A stretch of 63,896 nt of DNA, the filler included, from Pirum gemmata (lineage: Eukaryota), in assembly GCA_002812295.1 (NCBI GenBank). It is 27 parts of 27 records of this genome, joined end to end, with 100 filler letters (N's around TTAATTAATTAA, not from the genome) between each part and the next. Parts side by side here need not be neighbours in the genome. Positions count along the whole stretch, not along the records: positions 33,929 to 36,182 come from PDIN01007517.1; positions 36,283 to 38,536 come from PDIN01007518.1; positions 38,637 to 40,889 come from PDIN01007519.1; positions 40,990 to 43,190 come from PDIN01007520.1; positions 43,291 to 45,516 come from PDIN01007521.1; positions 45,617 to 47,869 come from PDIN01007522.1; positions 47,970 to 50,194 come from PDIN01007523.1; 20 more parts are not named here. One strand, given 5' to 3'. The notes under the pieces are model-generated. The model was not told the origin of the DNA. It did no database searches and saw only the letters and a program-made list of their open reading frames with translations. Below, piece after piece: positions 35,888 to 48,590 of this stretch (its first letter is position 1; every line of letters starts with the position of its first letter). The position numbers and the translations under genes are program-made.

Positions 35888-38800
35888 GTTATATGAGCAT
35901 GGAGTCTGTAACTTGAATATAGAAAAATGCCGAAAAGACCACATCTGGGTTCATGTGTTTGCGTGTTGTTTCGATTTGGCTTGCCTTTTGGGGAAAACAA
36001 ATATATTGATTAATTAATTAAACTGACTAATCCGATTCAAAGATGTATTTTGTGAAACGCTAATAATACCACAACTTGGTATCAGTTCGTGGTAGCAGAG
36101 GTTTCTCCTTCTGTTTATCTTCTATATAATATATATATATGGAACCAGATTTGGGTCTTTCGGAACTTCTTCTATATATATANNNNNNNNNNNNNNNNNN
36201 NNNNNNNNNNNNNNNNNNNNNNNNNNTTAATTAATTAANNNNNNNNNNNNNNNNNNNNNNNNNNNNNNNNNNNNNNNNNNNNGGAGGGGGGTCTACTGAA
36301 AAACACGATATAGAGTCATATACTACTATATATTATAATACTAGTCTATATATTATAATATAGTAACAACTATAAGTCTATATTACTCTATAACCCTACT
36401 ACTAGCTACTACTAGCTAGTAGCTAGTCCTGCATGAAGGGTCTATGACGACTCTACTAGCTAGCTAGCTAAGGTCCCTGGCGACTCCTTTTGAGAGAAGT
36501 TTTGACATGCCTTGATTTATATAAAATATTGTGATTTTCGAAATTTTGAAGTTTGGGCTTTACTTTTTTATTCATTATAGTCAAATATTCGTCAACTTAC
36601 ACAATAATAAAGAACATAAATTACATAATATCATTTATATAATTTGCTATTTTTTTCAGACTACGATAGTAAAATTATAATGTTCAATTATGATAATATA
36701 ATCATTATAAATATTGACCCATTGCTAATATTTACTATTTAAAATAACTATTTCATATGATTATTTCAACTACAACTTTACTCTGTAGTTCATTATCGTA
36801 GCACAAAAATTCATCAATACTTACTTAGTGAATAGTGATTACTCAATAAACAATTTAGAATCAGCTTATTTAAAAATTTCGTACTTTTCGAACATAAAAT
36901 GCATTAGTAAAAGGAATGTTTTCATAATATTATTATCATATATAAAAGTTACAAAAGGTGTCCAGTTTGTTCTAACCTTTAGAATTCGAAAATACTCGAA
37001 AATGATAGTCTCTCTCATTCACCTCCACCGATTATTTTCCTTTACAAAAACAAAGAAAAACAGTGCTCGAAAATAAAATTTCAGTATTTTTAGACTTTTC
37101 TACTAACACTTTTTTTTTTTCTTGAACTCCTTATATAGCCTCTAAATGATATAAAAATAGACTAACTAGTATTTACAATTTTACACTAGCTAGCTAGTAG
37201 TATTTACAAGATGCATATAATAGAAGTATAATAGAATATCATATTTTTTAATATTATCGGGATAGACTGCTTTTCAGTTATTTTGTCGTCATAAAATATA
37301 AAATAAATAGTACCAAATTAATACAATATAAATCCATTTCATTTAATTTGGCATATTTTATTATATATTTATTTTTTTAAAAGTATCAATTTAAATATTA
37401 TAAACAACCAAATAAATATTCGGAGTGACAAAATAAATGAGAAGCACAATATTGATAGTCTNAAGCACAATATTGATAGTCTAGCTAGCTAGTAGCTACT
37501 ACTACTAGCTAGCTATCAATAGTCTATCGATAGCGCTACTAGCTAGTTACTAGTAGACCCCCTCCCCTCCCCTCCCCCCCCCGTCTAGCTACTACTAGCT
37601 AGACTACTAGAGGCTAGCGTATAGATTAGTCTATGATAATAATAATATAATAGACTAATACACGAATATTACATGAATAATAATATAATAATATATAGGA
37701 ATTTGAGTCTTGGTATCTTTGTCAGAATAAAATATACAACGAAGAGTACCAAAGTAATACAATATAAATCTATTTTATTTAATTTGGTATTTTTATCATA
37801 TATTTATTCGTTTAAAAATGTCAATTTAAAGGTTATAAACCACCAAATAAATAAACTACAGTCCCAAACTCTTGGTCCCAAACTACTGCTTTACTTTACT
37901 GTAGAGTGTATGTAAAATTTAAATAGAGTCAGTTAGACTATCGATATCATATAGCTAGCTACCCCTAGCTAGTAGCTAGCTAGCTAGCTACAATAGATGT
38001 AGCTATGATAGTGTAGACGGGATAGTAGACTGTAGACATAGAGTCTAGCTAGACCCCCATTCTACAAGAGTAGACTGCTACTCTAGCTAGCTAGCTACCC
38101 AGCTACACGCTACAAGCAGATATCGAAAGCCTGTATGATATCATATATAGACTAGGAGACCAAGGCAACCACTAGCTAGTAGCTAGACCGGGTCTACGCT
38201 AGCTAGCTAGACCTATTAGCCACTGTCAGGGACTAGCTAGCTAGCTAGCTCCAGGGCTTCTAAGCAGGTATTAGCTATCATAGCTAGCTAGACCCTGACG
38301 CCGCTACCCCGGCTACTACTAGCTAGACCCCCGTCTATCATACGGATTCAAATTTCATATCATAGTCTAGTCTACTAAATAGGCTGTCCATAGAGTCCGT
38401 ATAGTCCGTAATAGGCTGTCCATAGAGTCCGTATAGTCCGCAGAGCGGTTCGTTCCGACGAATAATCAAATCCGATTCCGTCCGTCCGACTTGCTCTGCT
38501 CTCCGATCCGTCCGAATGTTTTTCAATCCGACAAAANNNNNNNNNNNNNNNNNNNNNNNNNNNNNNNNNNNNNNNNNNNNTTAATTAATTAANNNNNNNN
38601 NNNNNNNNNNNNNNNNNNNNNNNNNNNNNNNNNNNNTAATATATAACGTTAACAATATATTATACCAGTACTAATGAATAACAAGTATGTATAAAAAAAA
38701 AATAATAAAAAAAAACCTTCAATTTTTTATCATATGCATAACTTTTTTTAAAAACCGATAGAAAATTAATATATTATTACAAAGCTATTACAATATAATA

Positions 38801-39410
38801 AAAAATACCTTTTTTTGGAATATTCTTCATAAATTCAATTTAACCAATAAGAGAGGAATATTTTGAAAAAAAACTTTTTTCAAACTATCAACTATCATAA
38901 CTTTTTTTTTAGGAATAATTCTTTTTATGATAATACCCCAATGATAACTGGGGATTACTTTCAAAAAATTCTAATTCAATAAGAAAGGAATATTTTTTAA
39001 AAAAACCCTTTTTTTCAGGATTGAAAAAGAATTTTAGCTAAATAAATATGAAGTATTACCATTTTTAGTTACTAAATATAACATTTACCAAGTATGATAA
39101 ATTTTACTTACCAATTTTGATATTTTATTTACCAAATATGTAGTTTTAGGATCGTTGGGTCCGTCGGATCCCTGAATTTCACACAATAATACTAAGACAT
39201 ATGAATAATACTTGCATAATGGTATTTTTCCAATTTTTTTTTTTTTTTTTTTTTTCCTAACCCTAATCAGTCCTAACCCTAACCATAAGACAGTCCCTAA
39301 CCTTAATTAACCCCAAAACAGAACCTAGCCCTAAAAAAAAAAATTAAAGAAAAATTTAAAAAAAATAAAAAATAAAATAAAAAAATTTTATAATAATATT
39401 TTAATTTCAA

Positions 39411-40781
39411 TTAACAAACTTTGACGCAAAAATTTGGATAAGCATCACATAATGGAAATCTATTTAACTCTGGAACAGCATTCCCCATACACCAGGTATT
39501 ATACGCAGGATCATGTCCTCGACAAACGCATTGGCCTGGTTGAATTGGATCGACACCTGGGTTTGGTGCTGGAGACTCGGTTGTTGGCGTGGTGGTGACA
39601 AGAAAGGTGGCAGTGGTAGTGGTAGTGGTAGTTGGATGTGGTTGTTCTCCAGCATCACTTGCACAACGTAATTGACAAAATGTAGGATAATTGTCACATA
39701 AGGGAAAGTAATTTAAAGATGGATTAGCACCGCCCATACACCATGTATCGAAACTACGATCTACAGTAGGAAGTCCATGGCATTCACAACCGCTGCTTGG
39801 TAGTTCAGGAGGAGCGTCAGAGCTAGTGGGTACTGGCTCAGGGCTAGCAGGCGAGGAACTTGGGTTCGGATTAGGTTTGGGATCTGGGTCAGTTACACTT
39901 CCATCTTTGGGAACTTGCCGGCAATTCACTCCACCGTTAAAAGGGATTTGGTCATCACATCGTAAATGATCTCCAATAGAGCAGCCTAAAATTTCACAAA
40001 TAACTTTAAAATATTGTATTCGATTGTAAACCTTTTGTCCTTCTTGATGTAAATAAGCACTTCCGGCCCCACACTCTAAGCCACCATTAATAATGTTGGT
40101 GGTTAAACCAAAACCATTTCTATGCCCTTGCTCCGTACATTCCGTTAATACTTGAATCATAACGTCATGGGCCGATGGTTTTGGTGGTTGAGGAGTCATC
40201 CAAAACCAAAGGCTAGCGCGAAAGGCTAATACTCCATCTTGTGCTAGTAAATCAGGATTGTTTAATAATGTATTTTTATCACCATATAATACTTCAGAAA
40301 GTTGCCCATAGTTGTAATTCCAAGAGATCTGAATGGCCCCTCGTCCATGATAAGATTGGCCAGGCACAGGAGGGAAATCACCACCTGCTTGACGATAAGA
40401 ATAAAGGCAAGGACTTGGTTCTCCAACACAGCTTACCTCTTCAATAAAACACAATCCCCAGTTATATTGTTGGCCACGCCACCAACCAGTTGTTTCCTGA
40501 GAAATTTGACCTAAAAAAGCAGCAACTTCGCGTACGTTTAAGTCGTGATCTGGGCTTTCTGTTCCAAACTCGGGGTAATAGCCTGCAGCAGTAATGAAAT
40601 TTTCATAAGTCAAAGCTTCAATTCCGCGTTTACAATTTTCTGAGTTATGACGTCCGGCAAAAATGGTATCAAATTGCTGTTTGCTAATAATAGATTCTAA
40701 AGAACCAAAAACATTGTTTATTATTGTTATAATTAGCAACAACGGCAATAGGTTTAATAACGTTATGATTCGTTCGAACAT
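39411..40781 (-). CDS. Secreted GH19 chitinase with P/T linkers and two C-terminal Cys-rich modules
   Basis: Signal peptide; GH19 motifs REVAAFLGQISQETTG, WGLCFIEE, YHGRGAIQISWNYNY, ASLWFWM, GFGLTTNIINGGLEC; intronless 456 aa. Confidence 0.95.
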   Translation of the reverse strand: MFERIITLLNLLPLLLIITIINNVFGSLESIISKQQFDTIFAGRHNSENCKRGIEALTYENFITAAGYYPEFGTESPDHDLNVREVAAFLGQISQETTGWWRGQQYNWGLCFIEEVSCVGEPSPCLYSYRQAGGDFPPVPGQSYHGRGAIQISWNYNYGQLSEVLYGDKNTLLNNPDLLAQDGVLAFRASLWFWMTPQPPKPSAHDVMIQVLTECTEQGHRNGFGLTTNIINGGLECGAGSAYLHQEGQKVYNRIQYFKVICEILGCSIGDHLRCDDQIPFNGGVNCRQVPKDGSVTDPDPKPNPNPSSSPASPEPVPTSSDAPPELPSSGCECHGLPTVDRSFDTWCMGGANPSLNYFPLCDNYPTFCQLRCASDAGEQPHPTTTTTTTATFLVTTTPTTESPAPNPGVDPIQPGQCVCRGHDPAYNTWCMGNAVPELNRFPLCDAYPNFCVKVC

Positions 40782-40990
40782 GTTTGCTAGTAACTTTTAG
40801 TATATTATATCAATTATTTTTAAGTTATAATTATTGTTAAATATTGCTAAACAGCTGTTAAACCAGATGGCTAAACTTAAAAAAATAATNNNNNNNNNNN
40901 NNNNNNNNNNNNNNNNNNNNNNNNNNNNNNNNNTTAATTAATTAANNNNNNNNNNNNNNNNNNNNNNNNNNNNNNNNNNNNNNNNNNNNC

Positions 40991-43190
40991 ACCAACACCA
41001 ACACCAACACCAACACCAACGCCAACGCCAACGCCAACGACCAAGCCACCGATGCCAAAACCAAAACCAAAACCGCCATCAGCACTACAAAAACCATTAA
41101 TAAAACCACCAATAAAACCAACAAAACCAACACCACTGTTAAAACCAACAACAGCAGCAAAAAAAATACCAACAGTGCCACGAAAACCACCGCTAGCAAT
41201 GCAACCGCCACCACTAAAACCAACAACGCCAACAACAAATCTACTAACAAATCCACCGACACAATTAACAACTCTACCAACAACAACGACAAAACCACCA
41301 ATACCAAAAACGAAACCACCGATACCAAAAACAGTAAGACCACCAATGTCAATGCCAAAACTACCAAAACCAAAACAAACACCAAAACGAATACTAACTT
41401 TACAACCAACACCAACACCAACACCAACACCAACACCAACACCAACACCAAATCCTCCCAAAGTAAAAATAAAAGTGATGCGAAAATTCTCGCGAGACCG
41501 TCAACCACAAAAGCAACAAGCAAATCTACTGCTGAAGTAACTAACCCCGAATCAATGACGATAGCTGAAGCTACTCTCACTTTGGAAACTGCTTCTAATG
41601 TCCCAACAAAATCCACGACAAGAACCAACACCAAGACAGTTGACAACAATACCGTGGTAACGGATGAAGTTCAAATAAAAAGCACAGACGTTATTTTTTC
41701 GATAAAAGATGTTGACGACAGGCATAACACCAATGTAGTTAATGATTCGAATCAGATCACGGATGATGTTGACATCAAAGTAGAAGATGACCAGGATGTT
41801 GTGCTTGCTAGTGATAATGAATTAGAAACAGAATCCCAAGTTGATGTTGTCAAAACCAGGCGTTCCATAAGGTTGGCAAAAAAAGTACCGGAAGGGGATG
41901 AAAAAAAAATGAGTGAAGCAGAAAAAAAAATTGAAAATGATGAGGATGATGATGATGATGATACTGGTAATAATGACATTCTGACCAAAACCATCGAAAG
42001 TAAAAACGACGATAAAAACGATAAAAACGATAAAAACGATAAAAACGACGATAAAAACGATAAAAACGATAAAAACGATAAAAACGATAAAAACGATAAA
42101 ACCGATACAACCGATAAAACCCATGATGTCGTGAATGAACTGAGCAAGAAGATTGATGATATTCAAGTTATAGACCAAGATAGTGGTACAGACTCTGATG
42201 AATCTAGTTCTGATGATGAAGATACAACTAATACTATAATTAAGGAGAAGAGTAGTAATAAGCAGTATGATGATGATGAGGATGATAATGTCGGTGATGA
42301 CAAAGCTGATGCTAGCATGGATTTAGATATTAAATACCCCGCTACGAATAGGAATGATGATGAGTTGAAAATGGAAAAATGCGAGAATGAGGAAGAAAAT
42401 ATCAAAAGTAAAGGCCAAGACAAGAACACTGACAAACAAAATACAACCCCGGGCGAAAAAAATGGAAAAGATGACAAGAATAGTAGTACAAACGGTGGTA
42501 AGCCCCCATCAGCAGCAGCACTCTTGCTTAATGTAAAAAAACATATTACGGATTTACCTAAATTTTTACCTCTTTCTCAAAATGCTTCGGAAACATCCCC
42601 CGCGAAAATGGAGGTAGACGAGGAGTGGGTAGCAACACAAGTTATCGAAAGTGAATCTCCACAAATTTTAAAAACTGTTGAGAATGTTTCTAATTCAAAA
42701 TTTTCCACCTCAAATAAACCATCTTCCGGGGTGTCTTCCACCTCATCGTCTGGATCATCTTCATCTTCAGGGTCATCTTCCGGGTCATCTTCCGGGTCAG
42801 ATTCTTCCTCCGGTACTTCTTCCGGGTCAGATTCTTCCTCCGGTACTTCTTCCGGGTCAGATTCTTCGTCCGGGTCAGATTCTTCGTCCGGCTCTGATTC
42901 TTCGTCCGGGTCAGATTCTTCGTCCGGTTCTGATTCCTCATCCGATTCTGATTCTTCGTCCGGTTCTGATTCGAGTTCTTCGGACTCAGACTCGGACGAG
43001 AGTGAAAACGAAGATTTAATAATTTCCAACAAAAAGGAATCTAAAAAACACTCACCACGAAGAACTAGATCCAATTCCCAATCGAAATCTGATAATGGTA
43101 ACAGCGATAAGAATAATAATGGCAGTAAAACGAAGGATAAATCATCAACTGTTAATAACAAAAGGACAAACAATAATAATAATAATAATA
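40991..43190 (+). CDS. Large low-complexity (T/K/N, D/E/K and S/G/D tracts) disordered protein, both ends truncated
   Basis: One frame open across the whole 2.2-kb contig, including upstream of Met 41555, with non-repetitive segments between tracts. Confidence 0.75.
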
Positions 43191-43292
43191 NNNNNNNNNN
43201 NNNNNNNNNNNNNNNNNNNNNNNNNNNNNNNNNNTTAATTAATTAANNNNNNNNNNNNNNNNNNNNNNNNNNNNNNNNNNNNNNNNNNNNAT

Positions 43293-44012
43293 AATAATAA
43301 TAATAATAGTAACAATAACAATAACAATAATAACAATAATAACAATAATAACAATAATAATAATAACAACAATAATAATAATGACCAACTCAATAATAAT
43401 AATATCAACAACAAAATAACTGAACCACTTTCTATACCACAATCACAATCACAATCACAATCACACTCACACTCCCCACCCTCGCAATTACAACCTGATT
43501 CCCAACAACGAGTCCCAAGCCGACGCTCGTCAACCACAAAAGAACAATTAGAAGAGCAATACAAAGTAATACCACGTGTAAACCGTCGTAGTAAAGAAAC
43601 TCGAAACAAAGATACCCGAAAACGAGCGTCCTGGTCTAGTTCAAGCCTGGGTTATAAAGATGAATTAAGCGCACTTATGGTTAGCAACTCTCCCATTAAA
43701 ACAAACCCACCCTTTAGCAAGAGCGTGGCTAATGATGACGTCAGCAATATGACATCGAATTCGTTAATGATTCATCTTGATAAGAACGGGCTCGCAGGGT
43801 CCGGTGATCGGACGCGGACATCATTTAGTTTGACGTCACCATCGTCGCCAGTTGATAGTTCCCCGCCCCTAACACCGCTACTCTCTTTAAAAGGTAACTT
43901 GGGAAGCTGTAGTGGTGACGGTATTGAAATTGTTAGGAGAGGTGATAATAATCTTACTCATTCAGTTTCTAATATATTGAGTGATGACGTGAATAGTCCC
44001 TCTTCTAAATAA
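43293..44012 (+). CDS. 3' end of an N/S/P-rich unknown protein
   Basis: Frame of ORF 43677-44012 is open from the contig start; ends at TAA 44010-44012. Confidence 0.6.
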   Translation, partial: NNNNNSNNNNNNNNNNNNNNNNNNNNNNNNDQLNNNNINNKITEPLSIPQSQSQSQSHSHSPPSQLQPDSQQRVPSRRSSTTKEQLEEQYKVIPRVNRRSKETRNKDTRKRASWSSSSLGYKDELSALMVSNSPIKTNPPFSKSVANDDVSNMTSNSLMIHLDKNGLAGSGDRTRTSFSLTSPSSPVDSSPPLTPLLSLKGNLGSCSGDGIEIVRRGDNNLTHSVSNILSDDVNSPSSK

Positions 44013-46107
44013 ATTGCCTTTTTTTGTGTGGTGCTCTTTTTGTTGTGTGTGTGGGTGAGGGGGGAGTAGTGAAAGGGTTGGAATTGTTTGGAGACTTAAT
44101 AATAATAATAATAATCTTACTCATTCAGTTTCTAGTATATTGGGTGATGACGTGGATAATCCCTCTGCTACATAAATTTCCTCTTTTTTTTCGGTTCTTT
44201 GTGCGCGAGGGTGGAGGCAGTAGTAAAAGTGTTGAAATTGTTAAGAGAGGTAATAATAATCTTACTCATTCAGTTTTTAATATACTGAGTGATGAGCAGG
44301 TTTTTTTTTTGCTTTGAAACACTTTTTATCCTGCATCGTAAAATGGGTAATAACAAGAGACCTTTAGTCCTCTTGGTAATAATGATGCTATGAAGAAAAT
44401 TCAATAACAAAGTTTGTTTGTTTCAACAACTTTATTAACTTTTAATTGTTATTAGTTTTTTTTTTTTTTAATTGCGATTAGTCACATGACCCATAAACAT
44501 CGAGTTACTAATTAATTTATAAACTGTCTCTTTCTATAAAAAAAAAATTTTTTTTTAAATGATCATAAAAAAAAAAAATAAAAAGTTTTAAATATACTTT
44601 TTATTCTGTTTATTATTATTATACCAAAAAAAAACCCCTTTTGGCTATCATTTTTTTCAACATCGTACAAAAAAAGAGATGACGTGAGTAGAATACTTTC
44701 TTTTTCTTTACTCCACTCACTTATTCGTTGGTAATAACTAAAAACGATTAGGCTCGTTTACGATTCGCTCTTTTGTGATACACTCTTTCGTTGGCCTTAA
44801 CTAAAAACGATTCGGTCTTTTGTCAAGCTCGCTGTTGTGCTCGTTTGTTATGCTAGTTGGCACCTATTTCAAACGGGATGATAATCTGACAAAAAGTTAG
44901 GTCAATGTTTACTTTTGAAATACAGAAATATGTGTTTTTACCATTACTTTTAGGTATTTAATTTCCAAACTTAGACTCATTTTACTTTGTATATTTGGTA
45001 ACTTATCCCATTTAGGTTTGTATATTTGGTAGTTTAAAAATAAAAAGGAATCAAGTTGCCCAAATATCTATATGGTAAAATTTTCGGCTAGTTTACGATC
45101 AGCTCTTTTATGATACGCTCGTTCGTTGGTCTGAACTAAAAACGATTGGTCTTTTGCCAGGCTCGTTGTTGGGTTCGTTAAAGATTCACTTTTGTTAGCT
45201 AGCCTCTTATGCTAGGTTCGTTGGATAAACTACAAAGAATTCAGCTTTTTTTTTTTTGTAATTTTTAAATACAGCCAAGCCGGATAAAACTGTAGAAATC
45301 ATTTTTTTTTAAGACCTCTTTTCTCACAAGCTTTAATGCTAAATAGCCAAATTATTATTAAAAACTGGCCATTGGCTCATGGTAGAGTTTTCTTAGTTAG
45401 ACGATTTCTCAAAATTAGATAGTACTTTCATTCAATTTAGAGCATTTTGAAATTTCGTCGGATTTTGAGCTCATATGGCGGATTTCGCAACTTTTATCCG
45501 ACTTGGATTTATTAAANNNNNNNNNNNNNNNNNNNNNNNNNNNNNNNNNNNNNNNNNNNNTTAATTAATTAANNNNNNNNNNNNNNNNNNNNNNNNNNNN
45601 NNNNNNNNNNNNNNNNTTTTTTTGTTTTTTTTTTTTTTTTTTTAAATCATCTTGATAAAATGTAAACAGAGCTGTGTCATAATTATTTATTAAAATGACA
45701 ATGGTGAGCAGCATTAGGTTTAACCTTAGTAATCGAGGGTTGACTTGCTTAGGTTTTCTTTTATGTTTTTAAAATTTTAATTATTTAAATTTAATTGGGG
45801 GAAATAGTTCGAGGTTAAAATTCAAGAATATTAATTTTCATTAATAACAATGATAATATTTAAACACAAAGTTATCAAAAGGTATAATATAAATTTAAAT
45901 TAAGATAAAGGTCGATGAGCCGGAAAACATATTTGGGTGCATTTATATTAATATTATATAATATGTATAAGCGAAATTGGTTTTAATGGTTATATACGAT
46001 AATATAATAATAATAATAATAATTAATAATAAGTATTATAATAACAATAACAACAATTAGTACAAATTATGTATTTTAATTAATAAATGATTTTGTATAT
46101 TTGATAG

Positions 46108-46347
46108 GATGGCTCTTACACAAGGCCCACTGAAGAGAAGACTTTAATAACTGTTCAAATATATTTAAACGAGGACTTTGAAGGAGGAGCAACCACGTTC
46201 TTCGTGAATGACAATACTTTGCCAGTTATTCCAAAAACTGGATCGGTTCTTATTTTTGAACATCAAATATACCATGAAGGGTCGATTTTAAAAAAAGGTC
46301 AAAAATATGCCTTGCGTTGTGACGTATTATATCAACCTCAACCGTGA
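46108..46347 (+). CDS. Terminal exon of a 2OG-Fe(II) oxygenase (prolyl 4-hydroxylase-like)
   Basis: TAG acceptor; DGSYTR...ITVQIYLNEDFEGGATTF...PKTGSVLIFEHQIYHEGS...KYALRCDVLY*, with the distal His and 2OG-binding basic residue. Confidence 0.9.
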   Translation, partial: DGSYTRPTEEKTLITVQIYLNEDFEGGATTFFVNDNTLPVIPKTGSVLIFEHQIYHEGSILKKGQKYALRCDVLYQPQP

Positions 46348-46463
46348 TTTCACTAATAAATAAAATTATAAATAATATATGAATTTCTAATGGTAATGTG
46401 AAGGTGGTTACACACACACAACACACACAAACACACACACATACACAACACACACAAACACAC

Positions 46464-46499
<36 letters not shown>

Positions 46500-46789
46500 G
46501 TATATATGGCGAATTTAACCGTTTTTTTACTATATATATATATCTGTTAGGGTTAGCTGTTGTCTTAGAATTAGGGTTAGAATTAGATAGTATTTTTCCT
46601 AAAGATAATGTAAGAATTCCTTTATTTCATACGGGTGCAAAATCGTTTTTTTCTGTTTCCTATACTTCTTAAAAACATCGAAAACCTAATCATAGCTCTT
46701 TTACCGCCATTATTATCATTATTATTATTATTATTATTATTATAGAATCAAAATAATAAAAAAACTGCTTTCCTCCAACAACTTTCGTA

Positions 46790-47260
46790 TTATGCTAATG
46801 TAACAAGACCATCCACAATAGATTTTCGGATAAAATGGTATTTAACTTCAACATGTCGTATTTTTCGCGATGCACTGTATTCTGTAGCAATCTTTATAGC
46901 AGCTTGATTGTCACAATAAACCTGCGTTGGCCCTTCAAATTTATATCCTACTTCTTCAAGTAAAAGTTGTAGCCATTTTATTGTTTTAGCAACCATGGTC
47001 AAACTGCAGTATTCCCCTTCTGCAGATGATAAGACGGGTGTCTTTGCCAAAGTAGATTCCCATACTACTGGTGTACCATTAATCAATATAATGTTTCCCA
47101 TTCTACTCCGCCTGACCTCAGTTGACCCTGCGTAATCACTATCACAGTAGCTTCTATGCGTAATGTATTGCTCTTCTGCCTCTAGAACATTAATCCATAA
47201 TCCTTAGTTTGCTTTTTTAAAAATACCTTTTTAGTCCCAATTTCCCAAAGCCAAAATCTT
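46790..47260 (-). mobile_element. Ty1/copia LTR-retrotransposon pol remnant (RNase H)
   Basis: YCDSDYAG...RRSRMG...W...LSSAEGEY...YCDNQAAIKIA...RHVEVKYHFIR; upstream part frameshifted, downstream truncated. Confidence 0.9.
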
Positions 47261-47974
47261 TTATTGGCCAATGTATTGCCTTTCAATATCTTTCAATAAA
47301 CATTTGGAAAATATAAATTTCCATAACTAGAAAAAACATTAAAAAAAACAAATAAGCTTTTTTCTTTGGCCAATCATGCATCTTTATTGTTTTAACAAAA
47401 ATTGGTATTTTTCTTGTCAAACTTTCTAGACTCTTTCTAGCTAGTATCTTTGAGACTTTGACTAATATCTCGAGATACTCAAGAGTCGAGACACGGTCAG
47501 ACACCAGTATCATTTGACAATTGGGGTAGATTAGTCTGGACAATTGTGTATGCAAAAACTTGAATTTGAATTATAGACTACAGCTATAGCTATTATACAT
47601 TTTTATATACTATGAAGTTTTTAAATGAAGTCCTGCTGTCATGTTTTTTTTGACTTAAGTTTGCTATGTTAATTATGCGTACTATATAATGTATAACATA
47701 ATGATATCGATGAAGAGGACGAGGATGATGATGATGATGATGATGATGATTCTTTTTTTAAATAAAAATACAATATTATTATTATTATGTTAATTATATA
47801 TTATTATTGTTATTAATATTATTGCTGTTGTTATATACCATTATTATTATTATTATTATTATTATTATANNNNNNNNNNNNNNNNNNNNNNNNNNNNNNN
47901 NNNNNNNNNNNNNTTAATTAATTAANNNNNNNNNNNNNNNNNNNNNNNNNNNNNNNNNNNNNNNNNNNNTAAAT

Positions 47975-48590
47975 TAATTTCAAAATTTGTACATTAAAAA
48001 TTAGATTTATTATATTATTTTAAAAAAACACCAATCGAAAGAACCCAGAAAATAAAATAATTTCAAAATTTATATATATAACAAAATATATAGTTTCAAA
48101 ATTTATACATCAAAAATTAAAATTTATTATAATTATTATTAAAAAAACACCAATCGAAAGAACCCAGAAAATAAAATAAGTTCAAAATTTATAAGTTAGA
48201 ATAAGCTTATTAATATATAGTATATAATTTCAAAATTTATACATTAAAAATTAAAAATTATTATATTATCATATTATTAAAAAAACACCAATCGAAAGAA
48301 CCCAGAAAATAAAATAATTTCAAAATTTAAATATAAAACAAAATATATTATTTAAAAATTTATACATTAAAAATTAAAATTTATTATTATTATTAAAAAA
48401 CACCAATCGAAATAACCCAGAAAATAAATATATAAATTAAATAAGCTTATATACAATTTCAAAATTTATACATTAAAAATTAAAATTTATTATAATAATT
48501 ACTATTAAAAAAAAACCAATCAAAAGAACCCAGAAAATCAAATAATTTCAAAATTTATTACTATATAGTATATAAATTAAATTTTATAAC
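47975..48590 (+). repeat. AT-rich tandem repeat, ~5 copies of 115-145 bp
   Basis: Core AAAAACACCAATCGAAAGAACCCAGAAAATAAAAT recurs near 48025, 48143, 48283, 48397 and 48513. Confidence 0.85.

Noticed and set aside
37442..37482. 20-bp direct repeat AAGCACAATATTGATAGTCT
   Set aside because: The two copies flank a single N, typical of an unmerged scaffold overlap.
38380..38536. TAGGCTGTCCATAG with TCCG subterminal repeats, and TTTGACAACCCTG near 56947-56959, as hAT-like ends
   Set aside because: Only single ends are visible, with no partner TIR or 8-bp TSD; too weak to call.
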